Source: Nitrospirota bacterium (GTDB lineage: Bacteria; Nitrospirota; UBA9217). From it: 64,000 nt of DNA. Below, one piece after another: positions 40,456 to 50,211 of the stretch (position 1 is the stretch's first letter; each line of letters starts with the position of its first letter). The position numbers and the translations under genes were made by a program. The DNA lies in NCBI GenBank assembly GCA_963749655.1, contig CAVVOB010000022.1, positions 96,001-160,000 on the forward strand, in the 5' to 3' direction. The notes under the pieces were generated by a model, which saw only the letters and a list, made by a program, of their open reading frames with translations, searched no databases and was not told the origin of the DNA.

Positions 40456-42393
40456 ATGAAATCCGCCTTCAAATCGGGTACTGAAAATAATTATATCCTT
40501 GAGGACGTTGTTGCATTTCTGAAAAAGGTCCCTCCCTTCCAGTTCCTTCTTGAGAAGGAGCTGCAGCTGGTTGCCAGGAACCTGTCCATGGATTTTTACC
40601 CCCAGGGCACGGTGATTCTGAAGCAGGACGGCCCCCCGAGCGATGCGCTCAGGATCATCAAGAAGGGCGGCATCAAGGTTTCCATGGTTTCCGAGGACGG
40701 CGGCGAGGTCGTCATCGATTACCGCGGGGAAGGCGATACCTTCGGATTCCTGTCGCTGGTGGGCAAAGACCGGGTGCGCTCCAACATAACAGCCGTTGAG
40801 GACACGATCTGTTATCTCCTCGGCAAGGAGATGCTCCTGCAGCTGCTCGATTCACAGCGGTCCTTTACCGAGTATTTCCTCAAGTCGCACATCACGAAAT
40901 ACATCGACCGGACCTATCAGGAGATGCACGACAAGAGCATGTTCTACGGCGGCAGCGACCGGCTGCTGTTCACGACCCGCGTGGGCGACATGGCGGTCAA
41001 GGGGATCATCGACACGCGCGAGGAAACGCCGATCCGCGATGCGGCCAGGATCATGTCCGACAACCGCATCAGCTCCATCGTGATCGTCAATGAAAACAAG
41101 CTGCCGGTGGGGATCGTCACGGACCGGGACCTGCGGGAAAAAGTCGTGGCAAAGGGCCGCAGCGTGCAGGAGCCGGTAAAGAACATCATGAGCGCGACGC
41201 TCATCCGCGTGGACGCACGGGACTACTGCTTCGAAGCCGTGCTCAGGATGATCAAGTACAACATCCACCATATCCTCGTCATCAAGGACGGGAAGCTCCT
41301 GGGCGTCATCACGAACCACGACCTCATGATGCTGCAGGGCACGTCGCCGCTGTCGCTGACCAAGGACATCGAGAGCCAGCAGACCATCGAAGGCCTCATC
41401 CCGGTCTCGAAGAAGATAAACAGCATCGTCGGACTGCTGCTTAAAGAAGGCGCAAAGGCGAGCAACATCACCAAGATCATCACCGAGATCAACGACCGCC
41501 TCGTCCGCAAGGTACTCGAGTTCGCCGAACGAAAGCACGGGAAGCCGCCGGTACCCTACTGCTGGGTTTCCCTGGGGAGCGAGGGCCGGCGGGAGCAGAC
41601 TTTTAAAACCGACCAGGACAACGCCATCATTTACGGCGATCCCGCAACGGATGCCGAGGCGGAAGCAGCGAAGAAATATTTTACGGCCTTCACCGACTAC
41701 GTTCGCGACGGACTGGTTCAGTGCGGGTTCCCGGTCTGCCCCGCCAATTACATGGCAAGCAATCCGCAGTGGTGCCAGCCGCTGAAGGTCTGGAAGAAGT
41801 ATTTCTCGACGTGGGTTTCGACGCCCACGCCCGACGCCGTACTGAATTCGCTCATCCTGTTCGATTTCCGTCCGATGTACGGCGATGTCAAGCTTGCCGA
41901 GACGCTGCGGGATTACCTGAACTCCTTTGTGAAGGACGAGAAGGTCTTCCTGGGCTACCTTGCCAACATGGTGATCAAGAACACGCCGCCCATCGGCTTC
42001 TTCAAGTCCTTTGTCGTGGAGAAGGGCGGAGAGCACAAGGATGAGCTGAATCTCAAGATCAAGGGGCTGGCTCTTCTGGTGGACATCATGCGGCTCTTCG
42101 CGCTCGAGAAGGGGATCAGCGAAACCTCGACGCTGGAGCGCATTGATACGCTTCGGAGCATACACACCATTGTCGAGGAGTACGCCGACGATTTCGAGCA
42201 GGCCTTCGAGTTCATCATGCTGCTCCGAATCCACCACCAGTACCAGCAGATCGGTTCAGGCCAGGCGCCCGACAATTTCATCAATCCGAACCGGCTGAGC
42301 AACCTCGAAAAAAGGTCCATCAAGGAGGCCTTCCAGCTCGTTACGACCGTGCAGGACCTGATCATCGAGCGGTACAAGTCGCTGATCTGGTAA
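40456..42393 (+). CDS. cNMP-binding + CBS pair + DUF294 nucleotidyltransferase-like protein
   Basis: PPFQ.L cNMP domain, GIVTDRDLR CBS, LGSEGRREQTFKTDQDNA, FDFR, C-terminal NFINP. Confidence 0.9.
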   Translation: MKSAFKSGTENNYILEDVVAFLKKVPPFQFLLEKELQLVARNLSMDFYPQGTVILKQDGPPSDALRIIKKGGIKVSMVSEDGGEVVIDYRGEGDTFGFLSLVGKDRVRSNITAVEDTICYLLGKEMLLQLLDSQRSFTEYFLKSHITKYIDRTYQEMHDKSMFYGGSDRLLFTTRVGDMAVKGIIDTREETPIRDAARIMSDNRISSIVIVNENKLPVGIVTDRDLREKVVAKGRSVQEPVKNIMSATLIRVDARDYCFEAVLRMIKYNIHHILVIKDGKLLGVITNHDLMMLQGTSPLSLTKDIESQQTIEGLIPVSKKINSIVGLLLKEGAKASNITKIITEINDRLVRKVLEFAERKHGKPPVPYCWVSLGSEGRREQTFKTDQDNAIIYGDPATDAEAEAAKKYFTAFTDYVRDGLVQCGFPVCPANYMASNPQWCQPLKVWKKYFSTWVSTPTPDAVLNSLILFDFRPMYGDVKLAETLRDYLNSFVKDEKVFLGYLANMVIKNTPPIGFFKSFVVEKGGEHKDELNLKIKGLALLVDIMRLFALEKGISETSTLERIDTLRSIHTIVEEYADDFEQAFEFIMLLRIHHQYQQIGSGQAPDNFINPNRLSNLEKRSIKEAFQLVTTVQDLIIERYKSLIW

Positions 42394-42410
42394 GTCGGTA
42401 GGTAAGTCGG

Positions 42411-42494
42411 TAAGGAGTAAGGAGTAAGGAGTAAGGAGTAAGGAGTAAGGAGTAAGGAGTAAGGAGTAAGGAGTAAGGAGTAAGGAGTAAGGAG
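42411..42494 (+). repeat. Perfect tandem repeat (TAAGGAG)x12
   Basis: 84 nt of exact heptamers followed by a degenerate inverted copy (ctcactcctgactccttac). Confidence 0.95.
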
Positions 42495-42537
42495 TAAACA
42501 CCTCACTCCTGACTCCTTACTTTTCACTGGTACTAAT

Positions 42538-43239
42538 ATGCTGGGACTCTTCGAAAGAAACGAGAAGAAACTGAAGGTTGACGGGAAGACGCCTGTCACG
42601 GAGGCGAGGTATGTTGTCTTCGATACGGAGCTTACCGGCCTGGACGACCACAAGGATTCCATCGTGTCCATCGGCGCGGTCCGCATGACGGGAGGCAGCA
42701 TCGATATCGGCAATACCTTCTACCGGCTCGTGAGCCCGCATTCGGAGCTGTCGGCGGCGAGCGTCGTGATCCACCAGATCACGCCCTCCGATGTGGCGTC
42801 CAAGCCTTCGATCGACGCGGTGCTCACGGAATTTCTCGATTTCTGCGGCGACGCCGTGCTCGTCGGGCACTTTGTCAGCATCGATCTGAGCTTTCTCAAC
42901 CGGGAGATGAAACGGGCCCGCCTGGCGAACATCGCGAATCCGGCCGTGGACACGTTCAGTGTTTACGAGTGGCTGCGGAAGCGAAACAAGTCCCGCGACT
43001 GCCCCTCGACGGCGCTCAAGGGGTACCGGCTGTATGATATCGCAAAATGCTTCGACATTGCGGTGAACGGCGCGCACAATGCGCTGGCGGATTCGTTCAT
43101 CACGGCACAACTGCTGCAGCGGTTCCTGCCTCAACTGGCCGAGGCGGGAGCGAAAGACATCGGGGATTTGATTGCACTGGGGATTCCGTTCAAAGGGGGT
43201 GATTGGATCGGATTATCAGGGGAGTTCAGCAATTTCTAG
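42538..43239 (+). CDS. DEDDh 3'-5' exonuclease (DnaQ-like)
   Basis: VFDTELTGLD, GH...D, AHNALAD. Confidence 0.9.
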   Translation: MLGLFERNEKKLKVDGKTPVTEARYVVFDTELTGLDDHKDSIVSIGAVRMTGGSIDIGNTFYRLVSPHSELSAASVVIHQITPSDVASKPSIDAVLTEFLDFCGDAVLVGHFVSIDLSFLNREMKRARLANIANPAVDTFSVYEWLRKRNKSRDCPSTALKGYRLYDIAKCFDIAVNGAHNALADSFITAQLLQRFLPQLAEAGAKDIGDLIALGIPFKGGDWIGLSGEFSNF

Positions 43240-43270
43240 CAGCGAATTACAACATTAAGGAGGAGGGACT

Positions 43271-43582
43271 ATGAGTAAGTTGAGAAAAGAAGATATTTTG
43301 ACCGACCCGGATTTCGTAGAGCTGTCCAGGCAGAAAAACCTGATCTCTACGATCCTGACGGTCCTCGAGCTGGTGCTGTACTTCGGGTTCATTTACCTGA
43401 TTGCAGAGCACAAATCATTTCTCGCACAAAAGGTGAGCGAGGGCGGATCGACCACGATCGGGATACCGATCGCCGTGGGAACGATCGTGCTGTCATGGGT
43501 GTTTACCGGGATCTACATCTGGTGGGCAAACGTGAAATATGACGAACTCGTCAAAAAAGTCAAAGAAAAGGTAGGAGGATAA
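43271..43582 (+). CDS. DUF485 membrane protein (YjcH-like)
   Basis: Two TM helices, YFGFI, IYIWWAN..YD; precedes actP. Confidence 0.85.
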   Translation: MSKLRKEDILTDPDFVELSRQKNLISTILTVLELVLYFGFIYLIAEHKSFLAQKVSEGGSTTIGIPIAVGTIVLSWVFTGIYIWWANVKYDELVKKVKEKVGG

Positions 43583-43583
43583 C

Positions 43584-45368
43584 ATGCCGCATCAGACTAT
43601 TATCGGACAAACCAACCCTATTGCAGTTATGTTCTTTGTCGCGTTCGTTATCTCCACCCTCATGATAACCTGGTGGGCCGCAAAACGGACGAGGACCACG
43701 AAGGATTTCTATGCCGCAGGCAGGAGCATCACCGGTTTCCAGAACGGACTGGCGCTTGCGGGCGACTACATGAGCGCGGCGTCGTTTCTCGGCATCGCTG
43801 GCCTCGTGTCCACCAAGGGCTATGACGGTCTGATCTACTCCGTAGGCTGGCTCGTGGGATGGCCGATCATCATGTTCCTGATCTCGGAGCCCCTCCGGAA
43901 CCTCGGAAAGTACACCTTTGCCGACGTGGTCGCCTTCCGGCTGCGGCAGCGGCCGATCCGCGCAGCTGCGGCCGCCGGATCCATCGTCGTCGTTCTCACA
44001 TACCTCATCGCGCAGATGGTCGGCGCCGGCACCCTGATCAAGCTCATGTTCGGTTTGCCCTTCGAACTGGCGATCGTGGTGACCGGCATCCTCATGATCT
44101 CCTACGTGCTCTTCGGCGGCATGATCGCCACCACGTGGGTGCAGATCATCAAAGCGGGCCTGCTCCTGGGCGGCGCAACGCTCCTGGTGATCCTGACCCT
44201 CGCCAAGTTCGGCTTCAGCTACGCCTCGCTGTTCAGCCAGGCCGAGAAGCTGTATACCAACAAGTTCCTCGAACCGGGCGGTCTTGTAACGAGCCCCGTC
44301 GACGCGTTCTCACTCGGGCTCGCCCTCATGTTCGGCACGGCGGGTCTTCCTCACATCCTGATGCGGTTCTACACGGTGCCTGACGCGAAAGCAGCGCGCA
44401 AGTCCGTGTTCTACGCAACCGGGTTCATCGGCTATTTCTACATCCTGACCGTGACCATCGGGTTCGGCGCAGCAGTGCTCGTGGGCCAGAAGGTCATCAT
44501 GGGGATCGACAAGGGCGGCAACATGGCCGGTCCGCTGCTCGCCGAAGTGCTCGGCGGAAACGTCTTCCTCGGCTTCCTGTCCGCCGTCGCCTTTGCAACC
44601 ATCCTCGCGGTGGTTTCCGGTCTCACGCTGGCCGGCGCATCCGCCCTGTCCCATGACCTGTACGTGGGCGTGATCCGGCGCGGCGTTGCCAATGAGAAGG
44701 AAGAGGTGAAGGTGGCCAAAATCGCAACCGTCGCCCTCGGCGCCTGCGCGATCCTGCTGGGCATCCTGTTCAAGGGACAGAACGTGGCGTTTCTCGTCGG
44801 TCTGACCTTCGCGATCGCCGCGAGCGCAAACTTCCCGGCGCTGCTCATGTCCATCATGTGGAAGAAGTTCACGACCGCGGGCGCGGTCACGAGCATCTAC
44901 TCCGGTCTCCTGGTCGCGGTCGTGCTCCTCATCCTGAGCCCGACCGTCTGGGTGGACATCGTTCATAAGGCAGACGTTGCCAAGGTGCAGGCCCAGGTCA
45001 AGGACATCGACACTGCATCGGCTGCTATCGATACCCAGATCACGGACTTGCAGAAGCAGGTTGTGGCTGCCGACGCCGTAGCCAAGCTGAAGAAGAAGGA
45101 CAAGGCCGCGGTTGAGAAGAAGAACGCGACCGTCCTGGCCTCCGTAGCCGCGAAGACGTCGGAAAAAGATGCGCTGGTCGCGAAGAAGAAAGATGCAAAC
45201 TCCCAGATGCCGAAGGCTCCGTTCCCGCTCAAGAACCCCGGCATCTACTCCATGGCCGCGGCATTCCTGATCGGCATCCTCGTATCGCTCATGACGCCGG
45301 ACAAGGAATCGCAGGATAAGTTCGCAGACGAAAAGGTCCGCGAATATATCGGCATCGGCGCCGAATAG
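43584..45368 (+). CDS. actP: Cation/acetate symporter
   Basis: [38 protein letters not shown]. Confidence 0.92.
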   Translation: MPHQTIIGQTNPIAVMFFVAFVISTLMITWWAAKRTRTTKDFYAAGRSITGFQNGLALAGDYMSAASFLGIAGLVSTKGYDGLIYSVGWLVGWPIIMFLISEPLRNLGKYTFADVVAFRLRQRPIRAAAAAGSIVVVLTYLIAQMVGAGTLIKLMFGLPFELAIVVTGILMISYVLFGGMIATTWVQIIKAGLLLGGATLLVILTLAKFGFSYASLFSQAEKLYTNKFLEPGGLVTSPVDAFSLGLALMFGTAGLPHILMRFYTVPDAKAARKSVFYATGFIGYFYILTVTIGFGAAVLVGQKVIMGIDKGGNMAGPLLAEVLGGNVFLGFLSAVAFATILAVVSGLTLAGASALSHDLYVGVIRRGVANEKEEVKVAKIATVALGACAILLGILFKGQNVAFLVGLTFAIAASANFPALLMSIMWKKFTTAGAVTSIYSGLLVAVVLLILSPTVWVDIVHKADVAKVQAQVKDIDTASAAIDTQITDLQKQVVAADAVAKLKKKDKAAVEKKNATVLASVAAKTSEKDALVAKKKDANSQMPKAPFPLKNPGIYSMAAAFLIGILVSLMTPDKESQDKFADEKVREYIGIGAE

Positions 45369-45402
45369 TTTTACCCGCAGCGAAGCACAGTGACGGAAAT
45401 AC

Positions 45403-45467
45403 CGTGAACCGGTGGCAGGCCGATCAGGGGATATTCCCCTGATCACCCCGCCGGTTCACGTCTTTTT
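45403..45467 (+). terminator. Long hairpin/terminator between actP and acs
   Basis: GTGAACCGG...GATCAGGGG-loop-CCCCTGATC...CCGGTTCAC followed by GTCTTTTT. Confidence 0.55.
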
Positions 45468-45694
45468 ACCAAGGGGCAGGGCCGCCCCTGTTGCAGAAAA
45501 GAGCAACTGCCGCAGTGCAGGTTTTTTCCCTTCCGAGAACGCCGAATTTGGTCGGCACAAGGTGCTCACATCGGAGAACTTGTTTTCGGTCGGGGTTTAC
45601 AGGCGGGGTTTTTTGCGGTATGCTCTGCCTATGTCCGGACGGCTCGGGTCCCCGCACGACCGTTGCGGTTATTCAAAAAGGAGGGATACAAGGA

Positions 45695-47671
45695 ATGGCT
45701 AAAGAAAACATCGAAGTCCTTTCGACCGAGAAGCGCACGTTCCCGCCGTCGAAGGAGTTCAGCCAGAAAGCTCGCATCAAGAACATGAAGGAGTACGAGC
45801 AGCTCTATAAACAGTCCGTCGACGATCCGGAGAAGTTCTGGGCCGAGATGGCGGAGAAGAACCTGTCGTGGTACAAGAAGTGGGACAAGGTCCTCGAGTA
45901 CGATTTCATGAAACCGTCGATCAAATGGTTCAGCGGCGGAAAATTGAACGCCTCGGTGAACTGCCTCGACCGTTTTATCACCACGGCGACGCGGAACAAG
46001 GCGGCGTTGATCTGGGAAGCGGACAGCGGCGTGTACAAGACCTATACGTACCAGCAGCTGTACTGGGAAGTGAACCGCTTCGCCAACGTGCTCAGGAAGA
46101 AGGGCGTCAAGAAGGGCGACCGGATCACGATCTACCTTCCCATGATCCCGGAGCTGGCCATCTCCATGCTGGCCTGCGCCAGGATCGGCGCGATCCACTC
46201 CGTGGTGTTCGGCGGCTTCTCCGCGAAATCGCTGCGGGACCGCATCCAGGACTGCCAGTCGTCCATGGTGATCACGGCGGACGAAGGCCTCCGCGGCGGC
46301 CGTTTCGTTCCCTTGAAGGCCAACGCCGACGAAGCGCTCCTCGAATGCCCCACGGTGAAGGACATGATCGTGGTCCAGCGGGCAGGCACGGGCAAGGTCA
46401 ACATGGAGCCCGGCAGGGACTGCTGGTGGCACGAAGAGGTCGTCGCCAAGGACATCAAGAACTTCTGCGAACCCGAGAAGATGGACGCCGAGGACCCGCT
46501 CTTCATCCTCTACACCTCGGGATCGACGGGCAAGCCCAAGGGCGTGCTGCATACGACAGCCGGCTATCTCCTGTACACGAACATCAGCTTCAAGCTGATC
46601 TTCGACTATCATGAAGAAGACATCCATTTCTGCACGGCCGACATCGGCTGGGTCACGGGCCACAGCTACATCCTCTACGGTCCGCTTTCGGCAGGCGCGA
46701 CCTCGCTCATGTTCGAAGGCATCCCCACCTATCCCGATCCGGGCAGGTTCTGGGACATTGTCGACAAGCACCAGGTGAACATCTTCTACACCGCGCCCAC
46801 GGCCATCCGCGCGCTCATGAAGGAAGGCGAGACCTGGGTCGCGAAGCACGATCTGTCGTCGCTTAAGGTCCTGGGAACGGTCGGCGAGCCGATCAACCCC
46901 GAGGCCTGGATGTGGTATCACAAGAACGTGGGCAAGGAAAAACTCCCGATCGTGGACACGTGGTGGCAGACCGAGACCGGCGGCATCCTGATCACGCCGC
47001 TGCCGGGCGCAATGACGACGAAGCCCGGCTCCGCGACACGCCCGTTCCTGGGCGTCGTGCCCCAGGTCGTGAAGGAAGACGGCTCGCCTGCAGGCGCGAA
47101 CGAGGGCGGCTACCTCGTGATCAACAAGCCCTGGCCGGGCATGCTGCGCGGCACCTACGGTGACCCCGAGAACAAGCGCATCAAGGAAGTATATTTCAGC
47201 CGGTTCCCGGGCAAGTATTTCACCGGCGACGGCGCGCGCGTCGACGAAGACGGCGACTACTGGCTCATGGGCCGTGTGGACGACGTCATCAACGTGTCCG
47301 GCCATCGGCTCGGCACGGCGGAAGTCGAGTCCGCGCTGGTCAGCCACGAGGCAGTCGCGGAAGCTGCGGTGGTGGGGTATCCGCACGACATCAAGGGCGA
47401 AGGCATCTATGTCTACGTCACGCTCAAAGAAGGCAAGAAGCCTTCCGATGAGCTCAAGAAGATCCTGACCGGACATGTGCGGTCGGTCATCGGCCCCATC
47501 GCCACGCCGGACAAGCTGCAGTTCGCGCCCGGCCTTCCGAAGACGAGAAGCGGTAAGATCATGCGCCGCATCCTCCGCAAGATCGCCCACAACCAGGTGG
47601 AAGATCTCGGAGACACGTCGACGCTCGCCGATCCTACGGTGGTCGACAACCTCGTAAAGGGAAGAGTGTAG
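45695..47671 (+). CDS. acs: Acetyl-CoA synthetase (AMP-forming)
   Basis: [40 protein letters not shown]. Confidence 0.97.
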   Translation: MAKENIEVLSTEKRTFPPSKEFSQKARIKNMKEYEQLYKQSVDDPEKFWAEMAEKNLSWYKKWDKVLEYDFMKPSIKWFSGGKLNASVNCLDRFITTATRNKAALIWEADSGVYKTYTYQQLYWEVNRFANVLRKKGVKKGDRITIYLPMIPELAISMLACARIGAIHSVVFGGFSAKSLRDRIQDCQSSMVITADEGLRGGRFVPLKANADEALLECPTVKDMIVVQRAGTGKVNMEPGRDCWWHEEVVAKDIKNFCEPEKMDAEDPLFILYTSGSTGKPKGVLHTTAGYLLYTNISFKLIFDYHEEDIHFCTADIGWVTGHSYILYGPLSAGATSLMFEGIPTYPDPGRFWDIVDKHQVNIFYTAPTAIRALMKEGETWVAKHDLSSLKVLGTVGEPINPEAWMWYHKNVGKEKLPIVDTWWQTETGGILITPLPGAMTTKPGSATRPFLGVVPQVVKEDGSPAGANEGGYLVINKPWPGMLRGTYGDPENKRIKEVYFSRFPGKYFTGDGARVDEDGDYWLMGRVDDVINVSGHRLGTAEVESALVSHEAVAEAAVVGYPHDIKGEGIYVYVTLKEGKKPSDELKKILTGHVRSVIGPIATPDKLQFAPGLPKTRSGKIMRRILRKIAHNQVEDLGDTSTLADPTVVDNLVKGRV

Positions 47672-47701
47672 CAGGAAGTCTGAACGCATCAGAACAACTC
47701 A

Positions 47702-47740
47702 CGCCCGTCTGCGGTCAAACTGCAGGCGGGCTTTTTTATT
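47702..47740 (+). terminator. Intrinsic terminator after acs
   Basis: GCCCGTCTGCGG-loop-CTGCAGGCGGGC followed by TTTTTT. Confidence 0.8.
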
Positions 47741-47750
47741 GCCGATGCGC

Positions 47751-47968
47751 TTTTGATTCTTCAACTCAAAACTAAAAGTTCGCAACTCGTAACTGCTTGT
47801 CGTATTTCCGCATTTTTTTAACCTTTTGCATTGGGAAACCATATACCCTAAAAATACCCCATCGAAGTCCTTGCGTAATTCATCCAGGTATAGTACTGTT
47901 TTCCCCGGGAGGCCCATCCCGGCGCGGTTAGATGTTTTTCAACTCCTCCCACGCGAGACCGCTTGACC
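47751..47968 (+). repeat. Dispersed repeat module, longest copy (partial copies 48831-48954, 49438-49559, 50126-50187, 55451-55560)
   Basis: Shared CAACTCAAAACTAAAA..TCGCAACTCGTAACTG...GTATTTCCGCATT and CTTGC.TAATT..TCCA.GTAT.GTA.TGTTTT segments. Confidence 0.85.
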
Positions 47969-48173
47969 TGATTTCTTCATCAAGATGCTTAGCCTCTGGC
48001 TTTTATTTCTCCCAGCGGGGAGAGGAAGACGTCATACGCTTTCCTGTCGACCAATGCGCAGATTTGACGGGAAGGAGGTGAGTATCGCAAAATCGCAATT
48101 TAATTGGGACTGCTTGAGGGCCATAATGGCGCACGTTTTCAAATAAACTTGACCGTTAAAAGGAGAACTGAAG

Positions 48174-48686
48174 ATGAAAAAAGTGTTTATGATTTCTTGC
48201 ATGCTTTTATTTGCTTCCTTTACGCAGTTTGCAAATGCCGGGACAGCATTTATTCCTGCTTATAACGTATCTGCGGATTTGATACGGACTGATATATGGG
48301 TAAGCAACATTTCTAATAGCGTTCAGACCGTTACCATTACTTTGTACAACCAAAATGGAAGTCCTTTGGTAAGCCAGCCTTATTGCTACAGAATTAGCGG
48401 CAGCGATTTCGTGACATCGGCCACGGATTCAAATGGTCAAATGGTTTTCAGTTTACCCGCTTCGAATTCAGTCGGGATATCACTTTTACCGTCAAGTGAC
48501 GGGGCGGTGCATGACGGATATGGAAAGATTACCGGGACAAGTGACGGAACAGTGCATGACGGATTTCGGAAGATGCCGGCAAAACCCAACTTTGGTCTCG
48601 TAGCCCATGCATTTATGACGAATACACCTGCGTATAATACTCTTGTCCAGAACTCTATCAGCATAAATGGCGGTAACCCATTTTAA
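48174..48686 (+). CDS. AT-rich secreted hypothetical protein
   Basis: AAGGAG RBS, signal peptide (..FANA), beta-rich, internal SDG.VHDG duplication. Confidence 0.7.
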   Translation: MKKVFMISCMLLFASFTQFANAGTAFIPAYNVSADLIRTDIWVSNISNSVQTVTITLYNQNGSPLVSQPYCYRISGSDFVTSATDSNGQMVFSLPASNSVGISLLPSSDGAVHDGYGKITGTSDGTVHDGFRKMPAKPNFGLVAHAFMTNTPAYNTLVQNSISINGGNPF

Positions 48687-48978
48687 ATAGAGAAAAGCAG
48701 AGTGTACAAAAATTAAACTCCTGCAAAAAAGATAACGTTGTTATCGGCTGCGATTGTGTCGCGTTATCACAAATTTTTTTTCTCAGCTGTCTGCGCGCCC
48801 ATGACAACGTTATCTTCTCTCTTTGTTTCCCATTCCGCACTTTGAAAATCCGTTCTTGCCTAATTCGTCCAAGTATAGTAATGTTTTTCCCGGGAGGCCC
48901 TTCCCAGCGCGGTTAGTCCCTATCCCAATTTCCTCCCACGCATGACCGCTTGACACACCTTGTTGGCAAGGAGTCTAA

Positions 48979-49259
48979 ATGAAATATTTCAAAATGTATT
49001 TGATGGCCTCATCCATTGTGCTGCATGCAGCATTATAGGACTCCTGCTATGGGCAGCGCCATTTATTTCGAACGCGTCAAAAGTTGGTAAGCAATGGGCG
49101 CAAAGTAGCCAGAGCCCGCGTGAAAAAGGCATCGTTGCTGATGTTAGTGAAATTATTCGAGGCGAATATCGGTACAAAGGCTACCTGATAAAATATAATG
49201 ACCAGGACCTGTACGTTATGGTACAAGCAAAGATAATATTGAAAAAGGTGACCACGTGA
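48979..49259 (+). pseudogene. Small AT-rich membrane-protein ORF, apparently frameshifted
   Basis: AAGGAG + ATG 48979 (MKYFKMYL...) is out of frame with the downstream IIGLLLWAAP... frame. Confidence 0.4.
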
Positions 49260-49348
49260 ATGTGATGATTCAAGAGCACCCTTATGCTTCAACAAAGTCG
49301 CTTATGGTTGTTGTTACGAAGTCAGAAATGAGATAAACCTGCAGTTCC

Positions 49349-49433
49349 GCAGGTTGGGCTGAACGTTCTTCGTAAAGCCCAACGTTTTGACCGAGAATCT
49401 GTTGGGCAAGGTGAGCCTTTTTGCCCAACCTAC
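49349..49433. repeat. GTAG-family REP doublet (inverted pair)
   Basis: GCAGGTTGGGC...GCCCAAC and GTTGGGCAA...TTGCCCAACCTAC; second is nearly identical to 60229-60261 in reverse orientation. Confidence 0.75.
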
Positions 49434-49680
49434 GCGACTTCAACTCAAAACTAAAAACTCGCAACTCGTAACTGTTCTTAGTATTTCCGCATTTGGAAAG
49501 TTTCGCATTTAGAAAATGCGTCCTTGCCTAATTTGTCCAGGTATTGTAATGTTTTTCCCTAGATGTTATGGTGCTCAAAAATGTTATATATATGTGATGG
49601 TTTCGTAAAAAGTCGGAAATCGGAAACGAAGAACCAGCTTAAAAATCAATTTTTTTACAGATTCGTTAGAATAAAAAAGT

Positions 49681-50076
49681 ATGAAATCATTAATATTGTT
49701 AATAATGGTTTTGAATTTATTTGCTTGTAATGCAATTGTGGAGGATAAAATGAGTGAAAAGCCATCCATTCAAGATGAGGATATTCAATTTGAAGGAAAT
49801 CAAAAGTCAAAAAATGGTGCAATAAAATTACTTAGTAAAGTTTTAAAGGAGCAAGGGGATTTGGGAGTGTATGGAAACTTAAGTAACGGAATGGAAGGTA
49901 TAAAGAAAGATATGAATATTAAAATAAAAGAAGAAGAAAATTATTATTCAATTGACATATATCCAAAGTCAACTTCAGGCGGGCATGATTTCGGATTTAC
50001 TATAGACAAAAAAACAGGAAAAAGATCCGATGTCGTGGTCGGGGAAATTTTACCTCCCCCGAAATTTGATAAATAA
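49681..50076 (+). CDS. AT-rich hypothetical lipoprotein, gene-cassette-like
   Basis: Lipobox LFAC; flanked by GTTAGAA (49665) and ATCTAAC (50081). Confidence 0.7.
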   Translation: MKSLILLIMVLNLFACNAIVEDKMSEKPSIQDEDIQFEGNQKSKNGAIKLLSKVLKEQGDLGVYGNLSNGMEGIKKDMNIKIKEEENYYSIDIYPKSTSGGHDFGFTIDKKTGKRSDVVVGEILPPPKFDK

Positions 50077-50211
50077 AAGCATCTAACAACTCAATCCACC
50101 GGACGTAAGCGGTCCCCTCGTGCGCTTTGATTCTTCAACTCAAAACTAAAAACTCACACTCGTAACTGTTCTTAGTATTTCCGCATTCCTCGTTTGAAAT
50201 TTTTTTTTCAC

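Noticed and set aside
42411-42494. CRISPR array
   Set aside because: Contiguous 7-bp units with no spacers, and no cas genes in the window
45491-45694. Long N-terminal extension of acs
   Set aside because: The strong RBS region and typical Acs N-terminus point to ATG 45695
4302-47689. Long antisense ORFs opposite ettA, aspS, rny, DUF294, acs and others
   Set aside because: Shadow frames expected from GC-rich codon usage; no recognisable motifs
47903-47968. HDV-like ribozyme
   Set aside because: The UCCUCCC loop lacks a flanking P3 helix, and no P4/J4-2 could be built
47751-50187. CRISPR-like repeat-spacer array
   Set aside because: Repeats are long, degenerate and separated by gene-sized, irregular intervals
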